Of a stretch of 64,000 nt of DNA, positions 18,379 to 27,801 are shown in pieces; within the stretch, counting starts at the first letter, position 1; each line of letters opens with the position of its first letter. Source of the DNA: Thermoplasmatota archaeon (lineage in GTDB: Archaea > Thermoplasmatota > JAKEGO01); the NCBI GenBank assembly GCA_028279595.1, contig JANQNK010000020.1, positions 341,711 to 405,710 on the forward strand, given 5' to 3'. The position numbers were made by a program, and so were the translations under genes. The notes beneath the pieces were generated by a model, which was not told the DNA's origin, did not search any database, and saw only the letters and a program-made list of their open reading frames with translations.

Positions 18379-19518
18379 ATGGAGGACAAGATCAGAGTAG
18401 GAACATCAGAGGACGTCATGACCGTAGATGTGATAACGGGCAACGAGGACGAGCCCCTTGCGTCCATAGTGGGGCGCATGGGCGCCAAGGACATCTCGCA
18501 GGTGCCCATCGTCGACGAGAAGAATCGTGTGCGCGGAATGGTAGACTATCACGTCCTGGTCAAGCACAGGCGCCATCAGGGTGGCACCAAGGCGAAGCAT
18601 GTTATGTTCGTGCCGCCGGACGTGGAGCCGTCGACACCGCTGGTCGAGGTCGCTGACCATCTGATCCAGCACGAGCTGCGAGCGCTCCCGGTAGTCGAGA
18701 AGGGACGCCTCGTCGGTATCGTCTCGAGGACGGACCTCGTCAACTTCGCGAGCAGGATAGCGGGCGTCCGGACCGTCCCCGTGGCCGAGATCATGACCCC
18801 GGAACCCAAGACGGTCTCCCCGGACGATGACATCGCGGCTGCCCTGGCGGTGATCAAGCGGCTCGACGAGAGGAACCTACCGGTCGTCGAGGACGACCTG
18901 CTGGTAGGGGTCGTCGGCGTGAAGGACATATCCTCGGCGCTCATCAGGCCCACCGAGAGGTCGCCCATACTCAGCAAGGGCAAGGAGAGCAAGATGTCGC
19001 CCCAGATCAAGGGCCTCATGAACCCGCCGATAACGGTCGCCGAGGGTGCGAACCTCGGGACCGTCATGGACCGCATGATCGAGAGCGATGTATCGATGCT
19101 CCCGGTCATGAGGAAGGAGACCCTCGTCGGCGTCATTACGCACTACGATCTCGTCGAGTTCGTGGCGAGGTACAGGGAAAGGGAGGAAGTCCTCGTCCAG
19201 ATCACTGGCATCGAGGCCGAGCCCGAGATATACGATGCGATGTACGAGATCATCGGACGTCTCATCGAGCGGATCTCGTCCTTCTCGAGACCGGAGACCA
19301 TAATCACCCATATCGGGGAGCACGGCAATCCCTCGGAGGAGGGGCACGGCTTCTACGAGGTCAGGGTCAGGCTAAACGCCGAGAGGACACTCTTCACCGC
19401 ATTCAGGTCGGGATGGAACCTGCTGGTGGCCCTCGACGAGTGCCTCGAGGCCATCGAGACTCAGGTCAGGAAGGACCACGACAAGCGCGAGGCCGACAAC
19501 CACCGCCCGCGGAGGTAG
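18379..19518 (+). CDS. 4xCBS domain protein with C-terminal HPF/RaiA-like domain (archaeal hibernation-factor-like)
   Basis: Four CBS units (VPIVD...GMV, LPVVE..RLVGIVS, LPVVE..LVGVV, LPVM...LVGVIT). The C-terminus YEVRVRL...F-x-A-x-x-S-GWNL-x-x-ALDE-x-x-E-x-IE-x-QV resembles the HPF fold. Start ATG 18379. Confidence 0.8.
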   Translation: MEDKIRVGTSEDVMTVDVITGNEDEPLASIVGRMGAKDISQVPIVDEKNRVRGMVDYHVLVKHRRHQGGTKAKHVMFVPPDVEPSTPLVEVADHLIQHELRALPVVEKGRLVGIVSRTDLVNFASRIAGVRTVPVAEIMTPEPKTVSPDDDIAAALAVIKRLDERNLPVVEDDLLVGVVGVKDISSALIRPTERSPILSKGKESKMSPQIKGLMNPPITVAEGANLGTVMDRMIESDVSMLPVMRKETLVGVITHYDLVEFVARYREREEVLVQITGIEAEPEIYDAMYEIIGRLIERISSFSRPETIITHIGEHGNPSEEGHGFYEVRVRLNAERTLFTAFRSGWNLLVALDECLEAIETQVRKDHDKREADNHRPRR

Positions 19519-19521
19519 TCG

Positions 19522-19986
19522 ATGAAGAAGTGGAAGGCTCCAGTCTCCGAACCCTCAAACGTTATGGCCCGGAAGGTCCTCCGCGTCCTCAAGGAGCTCG
19601 ACTACGAGTTCCGGCGAGACAAGACATACCAGAACTACACCCGGTTTCATGTCATACTGCCGATCCCCGAGGCCGCGTACACCTTCCGATTCTACGTGAC
19701 CAAGCCTTCCGAGATGATAATCGACGTATACGATACCAGACCATCCCATTCCGGTACGCTGCACTTCATCTACCTTCAGATGATCGAGGACCCGCAGGAC
19801 GCCAAGCGCTTCCTACGAAGACTCGTCAGGATAATGCGCAGGAAGCCCTGGGAGTTCAGATGGGGCGAGCGCGTAAGGACCGGGATAATCCTTCCGGAGT
19901 ACATGGGAGCCAAGAAGAAATGGAAGCGGGCGATCGGTCCCGATCTGAAGGGGAAGAGAGGACAGCCCCCCACCCGCGCCGGATGA
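19522..19986 (+). CDS. hypothetical basic protein (154 aa)
   Basis: SD GGAGGT; follows the CBS gene by 3 nt; host codon usage. Confidence 0.7.
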   Translation: MKKWKAPVSEPSNVMARKVLRVLKELDYEFRRDKTYQNYTRFHVILPIPEAAYTFRFYVTKPSEMIIDVYDTRPSHSGTLHFIYLQMIEDPQDAKRFLRRLVRIMRRKPWEFRWGERVRTGIILPEYMGAKKKWKRAIGPDLKGKRGQPPTRAG

Positions 19987-20110
19987 GTACAATCCTAGAT
20001 CGACGCCGGCTCCCACGTACCTGGATGGGATCCGCCGGCCAAGTGGATCTACATCCTTTGGATTACAGTCTCCCAAAACCTTTTAACGTAACAGCCGGCA
20101 TGACCTTGCG

Positions 20111-21298
20111 ATGATATCGAAGCCCCGCGGAACCAGGGACTTCCTCCCGGACGAGAAGGAGGAGAGAGTGCGCACCTACGGAGCGCTTCGCGAGACGGCG
20201 AAGCTCTTCGGTTACCGCGAGGTGGAGACACCCACATTCGAGCTCGCCGAACTCTTCATCGCCAGGTCAGGCCCCGAGGTCGTCGACCAGATGTACACAT
20301 TCGAGGACAGGGGCGGGCGGCTGCTGGCACTGAGGCCCGAACTCACGGCATCGGTGGCGCGGATGTACAGCGCCGAGATGCGCTCGATCCCGAAACCGCT
20401 CAAGCTCTTCTACTTCGGGAACTGCTACAGGTACGAGCGCCCCCAGAAGGGACGCTACCGGGAGTTCGCACAGTTCGGTGCCGAGGTTATCGGCAACGAC
20501 TCACCGGCGGCGAACGCTGACCTCATCGGAATGGCCTTCCGGAACATCGCGGCGGTCGGTCTAGACGAGTACGTCTTCCGCATCGGCGACCTGAGGGTCC
20601 TCCGAGCGATCCTCGGGGACGATGCAACGCCCGAGGTGATGCGTCTCATCGACAAGAAGGACCCCGGGCTTAAGGCCGTCCTTCCTGACAGGGCAGATGC
20701 GATCCTCGACTCACGCATCGACGAGGTCAGGAGCATCGTCGGAGACGACGTGATGGCAGAGTACGACGAGCTGACCGGCATCCTCGATGCGATGGACGTC
20801 AACTACGAATTCGATGTCGGCATCGCCCGAGGACTCGATTACTACAATGGTATCGTCTTCGAGGCCGACGCACCAGCGCTCGGAGCCGAGAAGCAGGTGT
20901 GCGGCGGCGGCTCGTACGACCTGGGAGGCGTCGTCGGGATCGAGGGCCTGAAGGCCACCGGTTTCGCCATGGGGATCGACCGTCTGATCCTGGCCAGGGA
21001 GAAGGACGATGCCGTAGGTCCGATCGCCAACGTCTACATCGCCGCGCTCGACGATGCGGCGATCCCGGTCGCGCTGTCCGTTGGCCAGAGGCTAAGAACT
21101 GCTGGCATCCCGACAGACATCGGACTTGGTTCGGCGCGTCCGAACAAAGCGATAAAGGCTGCCCTCGACCGGGGCTGTTCATCCGTGATATTGATCGGCG
21201 AGGACGAACTCGCTGCGAACACGGTCACTGTCAAGGACCTCGCGACGAAGGAGCAGACTACCGTTCCGGTGGATTCGATCGTGGATAACCTGTCCTGA
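20111..21298 (+). CDS. hisS: histidine--tRNA ligase
   Basis: KPRGTRDF, LRPELTASVAR, YRYERPQKGRYREF, RGLDYY, GGGSYD, GFAMGIDR. Confidence 0.97.
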   Translation: MISKPRGTRDFLPDEKEERVRTYGALRETAKLFGYREVETPTFELAELFIARSGPEVVDQMYTFEDRGGRLLALRPELTASVARMYSAEMRSIPKPLKLFYFGNCYRYERPQKGRYREFAQFGAEVIGNDSPAANADLIGMAFRNIAAVGLDEYVFRIGDLRVLRAILGDDATPEVMRLIDKKDPGLKAVLPDRADAILDSRIDEVRSIVGDDVMAEYDELTGILDAMDVNYEFDVGIARGLDYYNGIVFEADAPALGAEKQVCGGGSYDLGGVVGIEGLKATGFAMGIDRLILAREKDDAVGPIANVYIAALDDAAIPVALSVGQRLRTAGIPTDIGLGSARPNKAIKAALDRGCSSVILIGEDELAANTVTVKDLATKEQTTVPVDSIVDNLS

Positions 21299-21317
21299 GA
21301 AGAATTTTCCCTGTGGC

Positions 21318-21857
21318 TCAATCGTTGCGCCACTCGATCTCGACGTCGAGTGAATAGTCATTGCTGTCGTCATCGCCGATCAGCGGGTTCGGGCCGATTC
21401 CGAGCCAGGTCTGGTCACCGGCATTCACGAGGGTTATGGTAACGAGCCACTCACCCTTGTATCCCTTCTCATCGACGAAATCGATCTCGATGGCGATGTG
21501 GCCGTCATCGTCCGAGTCCTCGTCGACGGTCTCGCCGTCCGGCGCCTCCACCTTCAACGAGAATCGGTCAGGTTCGTTCTCGTGCAATGGAAGGTCGGCC
21601 TCGTCCTCCCAGGTGAGGATGAACGTCCCCATCAGCGCGGTCATGCCGTCGGGGTCGACGGGGATCTCAACACTGTCGCCCTCCTGCAGGTTGCCCGAGG
21701 TCGACGTCTCGTAGGTGGTGTCCTCCCCCTCGCCGTTGGCTCCCCCGCCGTCGGATTCCGAAAGGTCCAGCTCGCCGCCGGCCACGGCCGCCCCAAGCAC
21801 CGCTATGATGCTGATGAGGATGCCCAGATTGAATACCTGTCGGTCGGCGGAGTTCAT
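21318..21857 (-). CDS. N-terminally anchored acidic extracellular beta-sandwich protein
   Basis: N-terminal TM, then LTWED...L-x-V-x-APDG...GEW-x-V-x-I pattern typical of small jelly-roll domains. Confidence 0.7.
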   Translation of the reverse strand: MNSADRQVFNLGILISIIAVLGAAVAGGELDLSESDGGGANGEGEDTTYETSTSGNLQEGDSVEIPVDPDGMTALMGTFILTWEDEADLPLHENEPDRFSLKVEAPDGETVDEDSDDDGHIAIEIDFVDEKGYKGEWLVTITLVNAGDQTWLGIGPNPLIGDDDSNDYSLDVEIEWRND

Positions 21858-22045
21858 CTTTCAAGGCTAAGGTCTGGTCCGATTTAAATGTTGTCGTTAC
21901 GCGGTGGACCGGCGCTGGACGCCGGTCCTTTCCTGCATCAATGCGCCTCGCATGCGATGGATCGGGCCAGTAATTTTCCGTGTGTTGTCGATCGATCCAT
22001 TTTCGCAAGTAGATATTTATATCCTGAAGCGAATGAAATCGGTAC

Positions 22046-23008
22046 ATGGCGAAGAAGACTGGCAGCAAGAGTGAGCTCACTTCCAGCGAAGCCTTCAAGT
22101 TCTTCGCCAACTTCGTGATCATCCTCACTGCACTGTTCGTCGTCAATATCGGGACGCTCATGCTCGTCTCGGACGAGTACTACGACGAGAACTCGCTGCT
22201 TCCACTGCAGGCCTTCGAGACCCGCATCGTCTATGACCTCCAGAGGGCGATGGGTTACGACGTCGAGCTCCAGTACTCCGACGAGAACGTCGGCATCCAC
22301 CACAGGATAATCGTGGAGTACGACGGCGACCTCAACGGGACGCTTACCTACAATGCGTGGGAATACTTCATCGAGACCCCGATAGACAGGAACGTGACCG
22401 TCTACACCCACGAACTCCAGGTGGACGTCAGGAAGATGGATGGCGGCAATGGCAACATGACCGTGACCGTCATGCGGGGGAACAAGGTCATCCAACACGC
22501 TTATACAGGCTCGAGCGGCGTCCGGCTCGAGTTCACCATCGAGGTGGACAACAAGAGGTACCTCGACGAACCCACTGTCCTTCATTATCCGGACATGGAG
22601 GGAAACGGTGAGAGGGCCCAGGGGATCGAGATCACCGGCATCTGCGCCGGACTCAGGGAGATGGCCGTCATTGCGACGCTCGTGCTCCTCGTGGGAGGGG
22701 TCAGGTGGCGACTGAAGTTCAAGTGGGCCGGCATCCTCGTGGGACTGATCTTCCTCGAGAACCTACTGAGGATCTTCCTGATCCACCCGCTGTCCCTGGC
22801 CTTCGGCTGGGACTTCGCGTGGAACACTTTCCACCAGTTCTTCTGGGAGTTCGGTCAGCTCCTCTCCATCATGGTCCTCTTCCTTCTCTGGTTCATGTTC
22901 GTCGCGATGAGGGACCCCGTCCGCCCAGGCTGGGGCGAGCTCAACATAAAGTATCCGAAGCGCCCGCTCAGGTTCGGCCGGCTCCTTCCGATCCCCAGGC
23001 GGTCCTGA
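22046..23008 (+). CDS. archaeosortase/exosortase family transpeptidase
   Basis: EITGICAGL (catalytic Cys), ENLLRI (N-x-x-R), TFHQ (His), in a multi-TM protein. Confidence 0.85.
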   Translation: MAKKTGSKSELTSSEAFKFFANFVIILTALFVVNIGTLMLVSDEYYDENSLLPLQAFETRIVYDLQRAMGYDVELQYSDENVGIHHRIIVEYDGDLNGTLTYNAWEYFIETPIDRNVTVYTHELQVDVRKMDGGNGNMTVTVMRGNKVIQHAYTGSSGVRLEFTIEVDNKRYLDEPTVLHYPDMEGNGERAQGIEITGICAGLREMAVIATLVLLVGGVRWRLKFKWAGILVGLIFLENLLRIFLIHPLSLAFGWDFAWNTFHQFFWEFGQLLSIMVLFLLWFMFVAMRDPVRPGWGELNIKYPKRPLRFGRLLPIPRRS

Positions 23009-23051
23009 GACTCAGGATAGAGAATTTCAGTTCCAACACCAGTTACTGCGA

Positions 23052-26000
23052 TCAGTCGTCCTCACCGACGATGACGATACCTGAATCGTCGATCTCGAGG
23101 ACCTCGTCGCCGGCCTCTCCGTCCTTCTCCTTTTCTGCCGGCTCCCCCTCTCCCTCGGCGGTCTCGCCGTCCTTGGCGGCCTCCTTCTCGGCAGCCTTGG
23201 CCTTGATCTTCGGAAGGGTTATGTGTCGCCTGCCGAACAGGAGTGCGAGGATGACCACGGCGACAGCCAGGATAGCCAATGACGTCAGGTTGCTGGTTCC
23301 GTCCTCCTCGGCCTCCTCGACGTCCAGCCGTATGCCCCTCTTGTTGTTCCTCTCCGACGACTCGTTCACCTCGTCGTCCGGGTCGACGATAGCCTCAAGG
23401 TCGTAAGCACCGGCCTTCCTCGGGGTCCAGTAGAGGCTGATGGTGTCGCTCTCGCCTGCCTCCAGCTTGATCCTGTCGGAGTCGAGCTGCTCATCGGTCG
23501 CGGAATCGACAAGGACCACGTCCACGTATTCGGAGTCCACAACGCCCGAGTTCTCGACCGTCACCTGAATCTCGACCTCGCTGTCCACCACCGGGTCCGA
23601 AAGGACATCGATGTAGGTGACGTTGAAATCGGGCTGTTCCTCCACCACTCGCAGGGTGACCGAGTAGTCGTTGTTGTCCTCGTTGTCCTCATCTATCTCG
23701 TCATCCGGATCGACCGCCACCGTGATGCGGTGGGACCCGGTCTCCCTCGGGACCCAGAATACTGTCCACTGGTGGTCCGTTCCCCCGGCAACGAAGGTCC
23801 TTTCCTGGTCGGAGGACTCGTCGATCGCGTTCCCACCAGTGTACTCGGAGTCGAAGGTGATGTCGAAGAGCACGGCAAGGTTGCCGGAGTTCCTGACCAG
23901 TACGGTCACCTCGATGGTGCTGTCGACCTGGAGCATCTCGTCGGAATAGACGGTGACCACGGTCAGGTCTGCCGCCTGTACCCTGACCTTGATGCTGGCA
24001 TTGTAGGTCGCGTTTAGTGCCTCTATCGTCAGGTTGAACCAGTGATCGCCCAGCGATGTCCCGTCGGGGATGTAGGGTGTGAATGTCCAATCGAGGGAGT
24101 CGCCGTACAGAAGTAACCACTCGATGTCGTCGTCCCTCGTGAAGTTCTGCGATTCGTAACTGTCCTCGAGAACGAGCTCGAAGCTCCAGTTCCCGCTAAG
24201 GTCGGTCTCGACCGTCACCGACAGCTCCTCGTCCCCGTTCCCGTCGTTGTCACAGCTGAATTCGGAAGGGACGACGGTGCCGTTCGGAGTGAAGTGCCTG
24301 GCATCCGGCGCCTTGGTGAAGGTCAACTCGCTCCGATGCACGACGACCACGTTGAAGAGGAGTTCTATCGGCGGCCTGTCCTCCCCCCTCTCGGAACGGC
24401 CGTTGAGAAGGATGCTGTAGGGTTCGCTGTCCGACTCGGCCTCGTCGTAGACCGGGATATGCATCACGAGATCCACCGAACCCGATGCCGGCAGCGAGAC
24501 GCCGTCCACCTCGTCCCCGTCGTCCGTGATGAACGCGTCGGGCCAGGAGGCGTATCCGATGATCTGGAACGTAATGTTGTTCTCCCTGTCGTCCTCGTTC
24601 ACCACCGTGAAGTCGAACTCCACCTCGTCCCCGTTATCGGCATACTGGAGGTCGTCCCCTTCGATCTCCATGTAGAAGTAGTACTGGCTGAAGTTGAGCT
24701 CGATGGCGCCCACCCATGGGCCGTCCTCGGAGAACACGATGACCTCCACCTGCTCCGTCGTGCGGTTGATGCCGTCGCTGGCGTAGATCCTCAGGACCTC
24801 ACCCTCCCGATAGGACGAGATCACCTCCGACAGGTCTATGTCGAACTCGCCGTCCTCGTCGGCCTGGAACTTGATCTCGGTGGCGGTCCTGACCACGGTG
24901 ATGTTGACGTGGGCCTTGGGAGCGGGTTCGCTCCCTCCAGGCTGGTACACGGTACCAATAACGTGGTACTCGGCGTCCGTGTTGGACGGGATCGTCTCGA
25001 CGGTGACCGAGATGTTGTTGTCAGATTCGTGGACCTCGTGGACGTCGTCCTTGGGGTCTATCGCGACGGTGATGTTCGCGTCGCCCTCGAACGTGACCGT
25101 GAAATTGACGAGCGTCGACTCGCCGAGCTGCATGAAGGCGTCCTTGGTCTCGGTCTCGACGTCGTCGATCAAGAGCGTGACCGGCGTCCATCCGCCGATC
25201 TCTCCGCCCGAGTAGGCCGAAAGGGATATCCTCGTCTCACGTCCAGCTATCGGATGCTTCGATGTCCCCGGTCCGACGCGAACGCCGTCCTCCCTGTAGA
25301 ACCTGATCGACTCGGCCTCGAAGTCGGGGACCTGTATCTCGATATCGATGGTGGCGTCCGTGGTGCCGGACGAGAACTGCGCCTCGACACCGATGGTCTC
25401 CGTCCCCTCGTCGATGTCGGGAGCCGTGACGTCGATCACCACCTCTGCGGAGGAGAAGGCGCCTACTGTCACCACTGGCTGCTGCGCCTCGCCTTCCCAT
25501 GCGCCGGGTGCGTCCACCACTATGGTCGCGTTGTCCGGGGCATTGCCGTCGTTGAAGAGGACGAGTGTGAAGTTGCCCGTCTGGTTCGACGGAATGCCGC
25601 CCGATATGTTGGACCCGAACCGCATGTCGTAGGTCGGATCGAGGAATACGAAGGCCGTCTCGTTCTTGTTGAGAAGTGCGGTCTCGGCGCTGACGGTGAT
25701 GTTGTACAGGCCGGAGACGTAGGACTGGTCCGGCGTGATGGTGAGGTTGACCGTTGCATTCCCGCCGGACGGGATGTCCACATGGTCGTCATCGAGGTCC
25801 GTGGTCCAGTCGACCGGTCCGACCGCCGAGAGGTTGACGTTAACCTGTTCGGAACCCCTGTTCTCGAGGTCCACGGTGAGGTCCACCGAGCCCTCGGGAT
25901 CGACCGAGGCGTTCAATGGCGTCACATTGATGTAAAGGACCTGGGAGACGTCGATGGTGGTGGTCATGTTGTTGTTGCTCTCGTCCGATTCATCGATGTT

Positions 26001-27710
26001 CTGCTCCGGGTCCACTGCGATCTTGATCTCGTAGGTCCCGCTCGCCTTCGGGCGCCAATCGTACTTGACGGTCCTCCGGTCGCCTCCCCCGCCGGGTCCT
26101 ATGGTCTTGCTCTTGATCGGGTCGCCGTTCACGATGAGGTGGACCTTGACCGAGTCAGCTTCCTTTCCGCCGGAGTTCTCGATGATGGCCGTGATGTTGA
26201 CCGGGGATCCCTCCTCCGTCGTCGGCGGGTCTATCTCGATGTCGACCGGCCTGAGGTCGGCGATGTCGTGCGTGAACAGAAGGCTACCAGCCAGCAGCTC
26301 GCAGTAGAGGTCGTTGCCCATGTTGAAGACCGCCGGCTGGGCCCACAGCCTGTAGGGCAGGTCGTCCTCGAAAAGCAGGTCCCCGTTGTCACCGTCAAGG
26401 ACGAATAGCGTGTTGCTCTGTGCGCCCACGATGTCCTTGGTCCCATCCCCGTCGACGTCGATGAGTACAGGCGACGACACGGCACGCCCCTCGTCGAACG
26501 AGCTTCCCGAATAGTAGTTCAGGGTCTCCCTCCAGATCATGTCGCCATCCTCGCCGGCCCAGACGGTGACGTCGACGTTGTAGTCCTGGATGCTCCGGTC
26601 CCATGCGATGACAGCGACCTCGAGGTCCCCGTCGCCGTCCAGGTCGCTCCCCGCCGGAGTGGCCTCGAGCTGTCCGTCGATGTCGCCGCTCACGGCGGTC
26701 GTCCACATGAGGTCCATCTCGTCGTCGTAGGCATAGAGGACGCCGTTGTTGGCGCTGTCCTGGAACGGTATCGGGAAGATCACCTCCTTTCCGTTGGAGG
26801 CGTTCTTGTCGAGGTCGAGCACCGTCGGACTGGGCGGGATGTGGCCCGATCCCGCGTAATCGGTCATCGTCTTCGACTCCGAGAACTTCTCGAAGCCGGA
26901 TTTGGCGTTGAACCTGTAGAAGTATATCATCTCGCCGGTCCAGTCGACGGAGGTGGCGACGATGTCGTTGCTGGACCCGCTTGGCATGGCCGCGGGGGTC
27001 GAGACGTCCTCGCCGTCGAGCTCGAGGCTCCAGACCTCGTCCTTGTTCCACGCCTTAACTACGAATAATGTGTCCCCGGCGCCGATGGCGATCACGTCGC
27101 CGACGTCCTGCACGGACATCATGGTCGGGTTGGAGTAGTTTATGGGCAGATTGAGGTTCTTCCGCCATAGCCGGTCGTCCTGATGGTTGCTGGAGGACCA
27201 GCTGAAATCGTCACCGTCATACATGATGTAAGGGGTGTAGGCGTAGAGCGTACCCTTGTCGTTCTCGTCCGTCGTGCCGAACACGATGTCCTGCGTCCCA
27301 TCGTCGTCGACGTCCGCCACGAGGGGGCCCGAGACGAACATATCATTGTCGGTCCCGTTCCCGTCGATCTCGTCCACGTCGAGGAGCCACATGGTGTCGC
27401 CGGACCGTCCGTCGACTATGTACAGGAATCCGCCGACGCCGTAGGCGACGTGGAATGGCTGGACCCCGGACGCGTCGGACCCGTTGATGAAATCGATGTT
27501 GTCGGTGAAGTTGCCCTGGGCGACGGCAAGCCCCGATACGGGGTCGTCCTTGTCCCAGAGCTCGACCGGTTCGGGGATCGAGGTCTCGACCGAGGCGGTG
27601 GAGGTGTGCCTGCTGTCATGTCCGAAACCGGGCCAATCGACGTCGTCGATGGCCACGACCGAGGGTATCGCTGTGATCGCGAGTATCATGATGATGACGG
27701 TCCACCGCAT
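23052..27710 (-). CDS. large surface protein: PQQ/FG-GAP beta-propeller + CARDB/Ig repeats + C-terminal TM and acidic tail
   Basis: Signal peptide; WPGFGHDSRHT; D-[VL]-D-G-D-G-x-x-[DE]-[IV]-V motifs; repeated VDP-x-x-x-[IV]-x-E-x-x-E-x-NN CARDB motif; TM LAILAVAVVILALLFGRR. Confidence 0.88.
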   Translation of the reverse strand: MRWTVIIMILAITAIPSVVAIDDVDWPGFGHDSRHTSTASVETSIPEPVELWDKDDPVSGLAVAQGNFTDNIDFINGSDASGVQPFHVAYGVGGFLYIVDGRSGDTMWLLDVDEIDGNGTDNDMFVSGPLVADVDDDGTQDIVFGTTDENDKGTLYAYTPYIMYDGDDFSWSSSNHQDDRLWRKNLNLPINYSNPTMMSVQDVGDVIAIGAGDTLFVVKAWNKDEVWSLELDGEDVSTPAAMPSGSSNDIVATSVDWTGEMIYFYRFNAKSGFEKFSESKTMTDYAGSGHIPPSPTVLDLDKNASNGKEVIFPIPFQDSANNGVLYAYDDEMDLMWTTAVSGDIDGQLEATPAGSDLDGDGDLEVAVIAWDRSIQDYNVDVTVWAGEDGDMIWRETLNYYSGSSFDEGRAVSSPVLIDVDGDGTKDIVGAQSNTLFVLDGDNGDLLFEDDLPYRLWAQPAVFNMGNDLYCELLAGSLLFTHDIADLRPVDIEIDPPTTEEGSPVNITAIIENSGGKEADSVKVHLIVNGDPIKSKTIGPGGGGDRRTVKYDWRPKASGTYEIKIAVDPEQNIDESDESNNNMTTTIDVSQVLYINVTPLNASVDPEGSVDLTVDLENRGSEQVNVNLSAVGPVDWTTDLDDDHVDIPSGGNATVNLTITPDQSYVSGLYNITVSAETALLNKNETAFVFLDPTYDMRFGSNISGGIPSNQTGNFTLVLFNDGNAPDNATIVVDAPGAWEGEAQQPVVTVGAFSSAEVVIDVTAPDIDEGTETIGVEAQFSSGTTDATIDIEIQVPDFEAESIRFYREDGVRVGPGTSKHPIAGRETRISLSAYSGGEIGGWTPVTLLIDDVETETKDAFMQLGESTLVNFTVTFEGDANITVAIDPKDDVHEVHESDNNISVTVETIPSNTDAEYHVIGTVYQPGGSEPAPKAHVNITVVRTATEIKFQADEDGEFDIDLSEVISSYREGEVLRIYASDGINRTTEQVEVIVFSEDGPWVGAIELNFSQYYFYMEIEGDDLQYADNGDEVEFDFTVVNEDDRENNITFQIIGYASWPDAFITDDGDEVDGVSLPASGSVDLVMHIPVYDEAESDSEPYSILLNGRSERGEDRPPIELLFNVVVVHRSELTFTKAPDARHFTPNGTVVPSEFSCDNDGNGDEELSVTVETDLSGNWSFELVLEDSYESQNFTRDDDIEWLLLYGDSLDWTFTPYIPDGTSLGDHWFNLTIEALNATYNASIKVRVQAADLTVVTVYSDEMLQVDSTIEVTVLVRNSGNLAVLFDITFDSEYTGGNAIDESSDQERTFVAGGTDHQWTVFWVPRETGSHRITVAVDPDDEIDEDNEDNNDYSVTLRVVEEQPDFNVTYIDVLSDPVVDSEVEIQVTVENSGVVDSEYVDVVLVDSATDEQLDSDRIKLEAGESDTISLYWTPRKAGAYDLEAIVDPDDEVNESSERNNKRGIRLDVEEAEEDGTSNLTSLAILAVAVVILALLFGRRHITLPKIKAKAAEKEAAKDGETAEGEGEPAEKEKDGEAGDEVLEIDDSGIVIVGEDD

Positions 27711-27801
27711 TCCTTCACCGCACCCTCTATTGCCATTTACCTCTTAAATTATTTCTCTATGGGTTTGGACGGTTGTGACCCTTCTCATCCGATGTCCCGG
27801 G

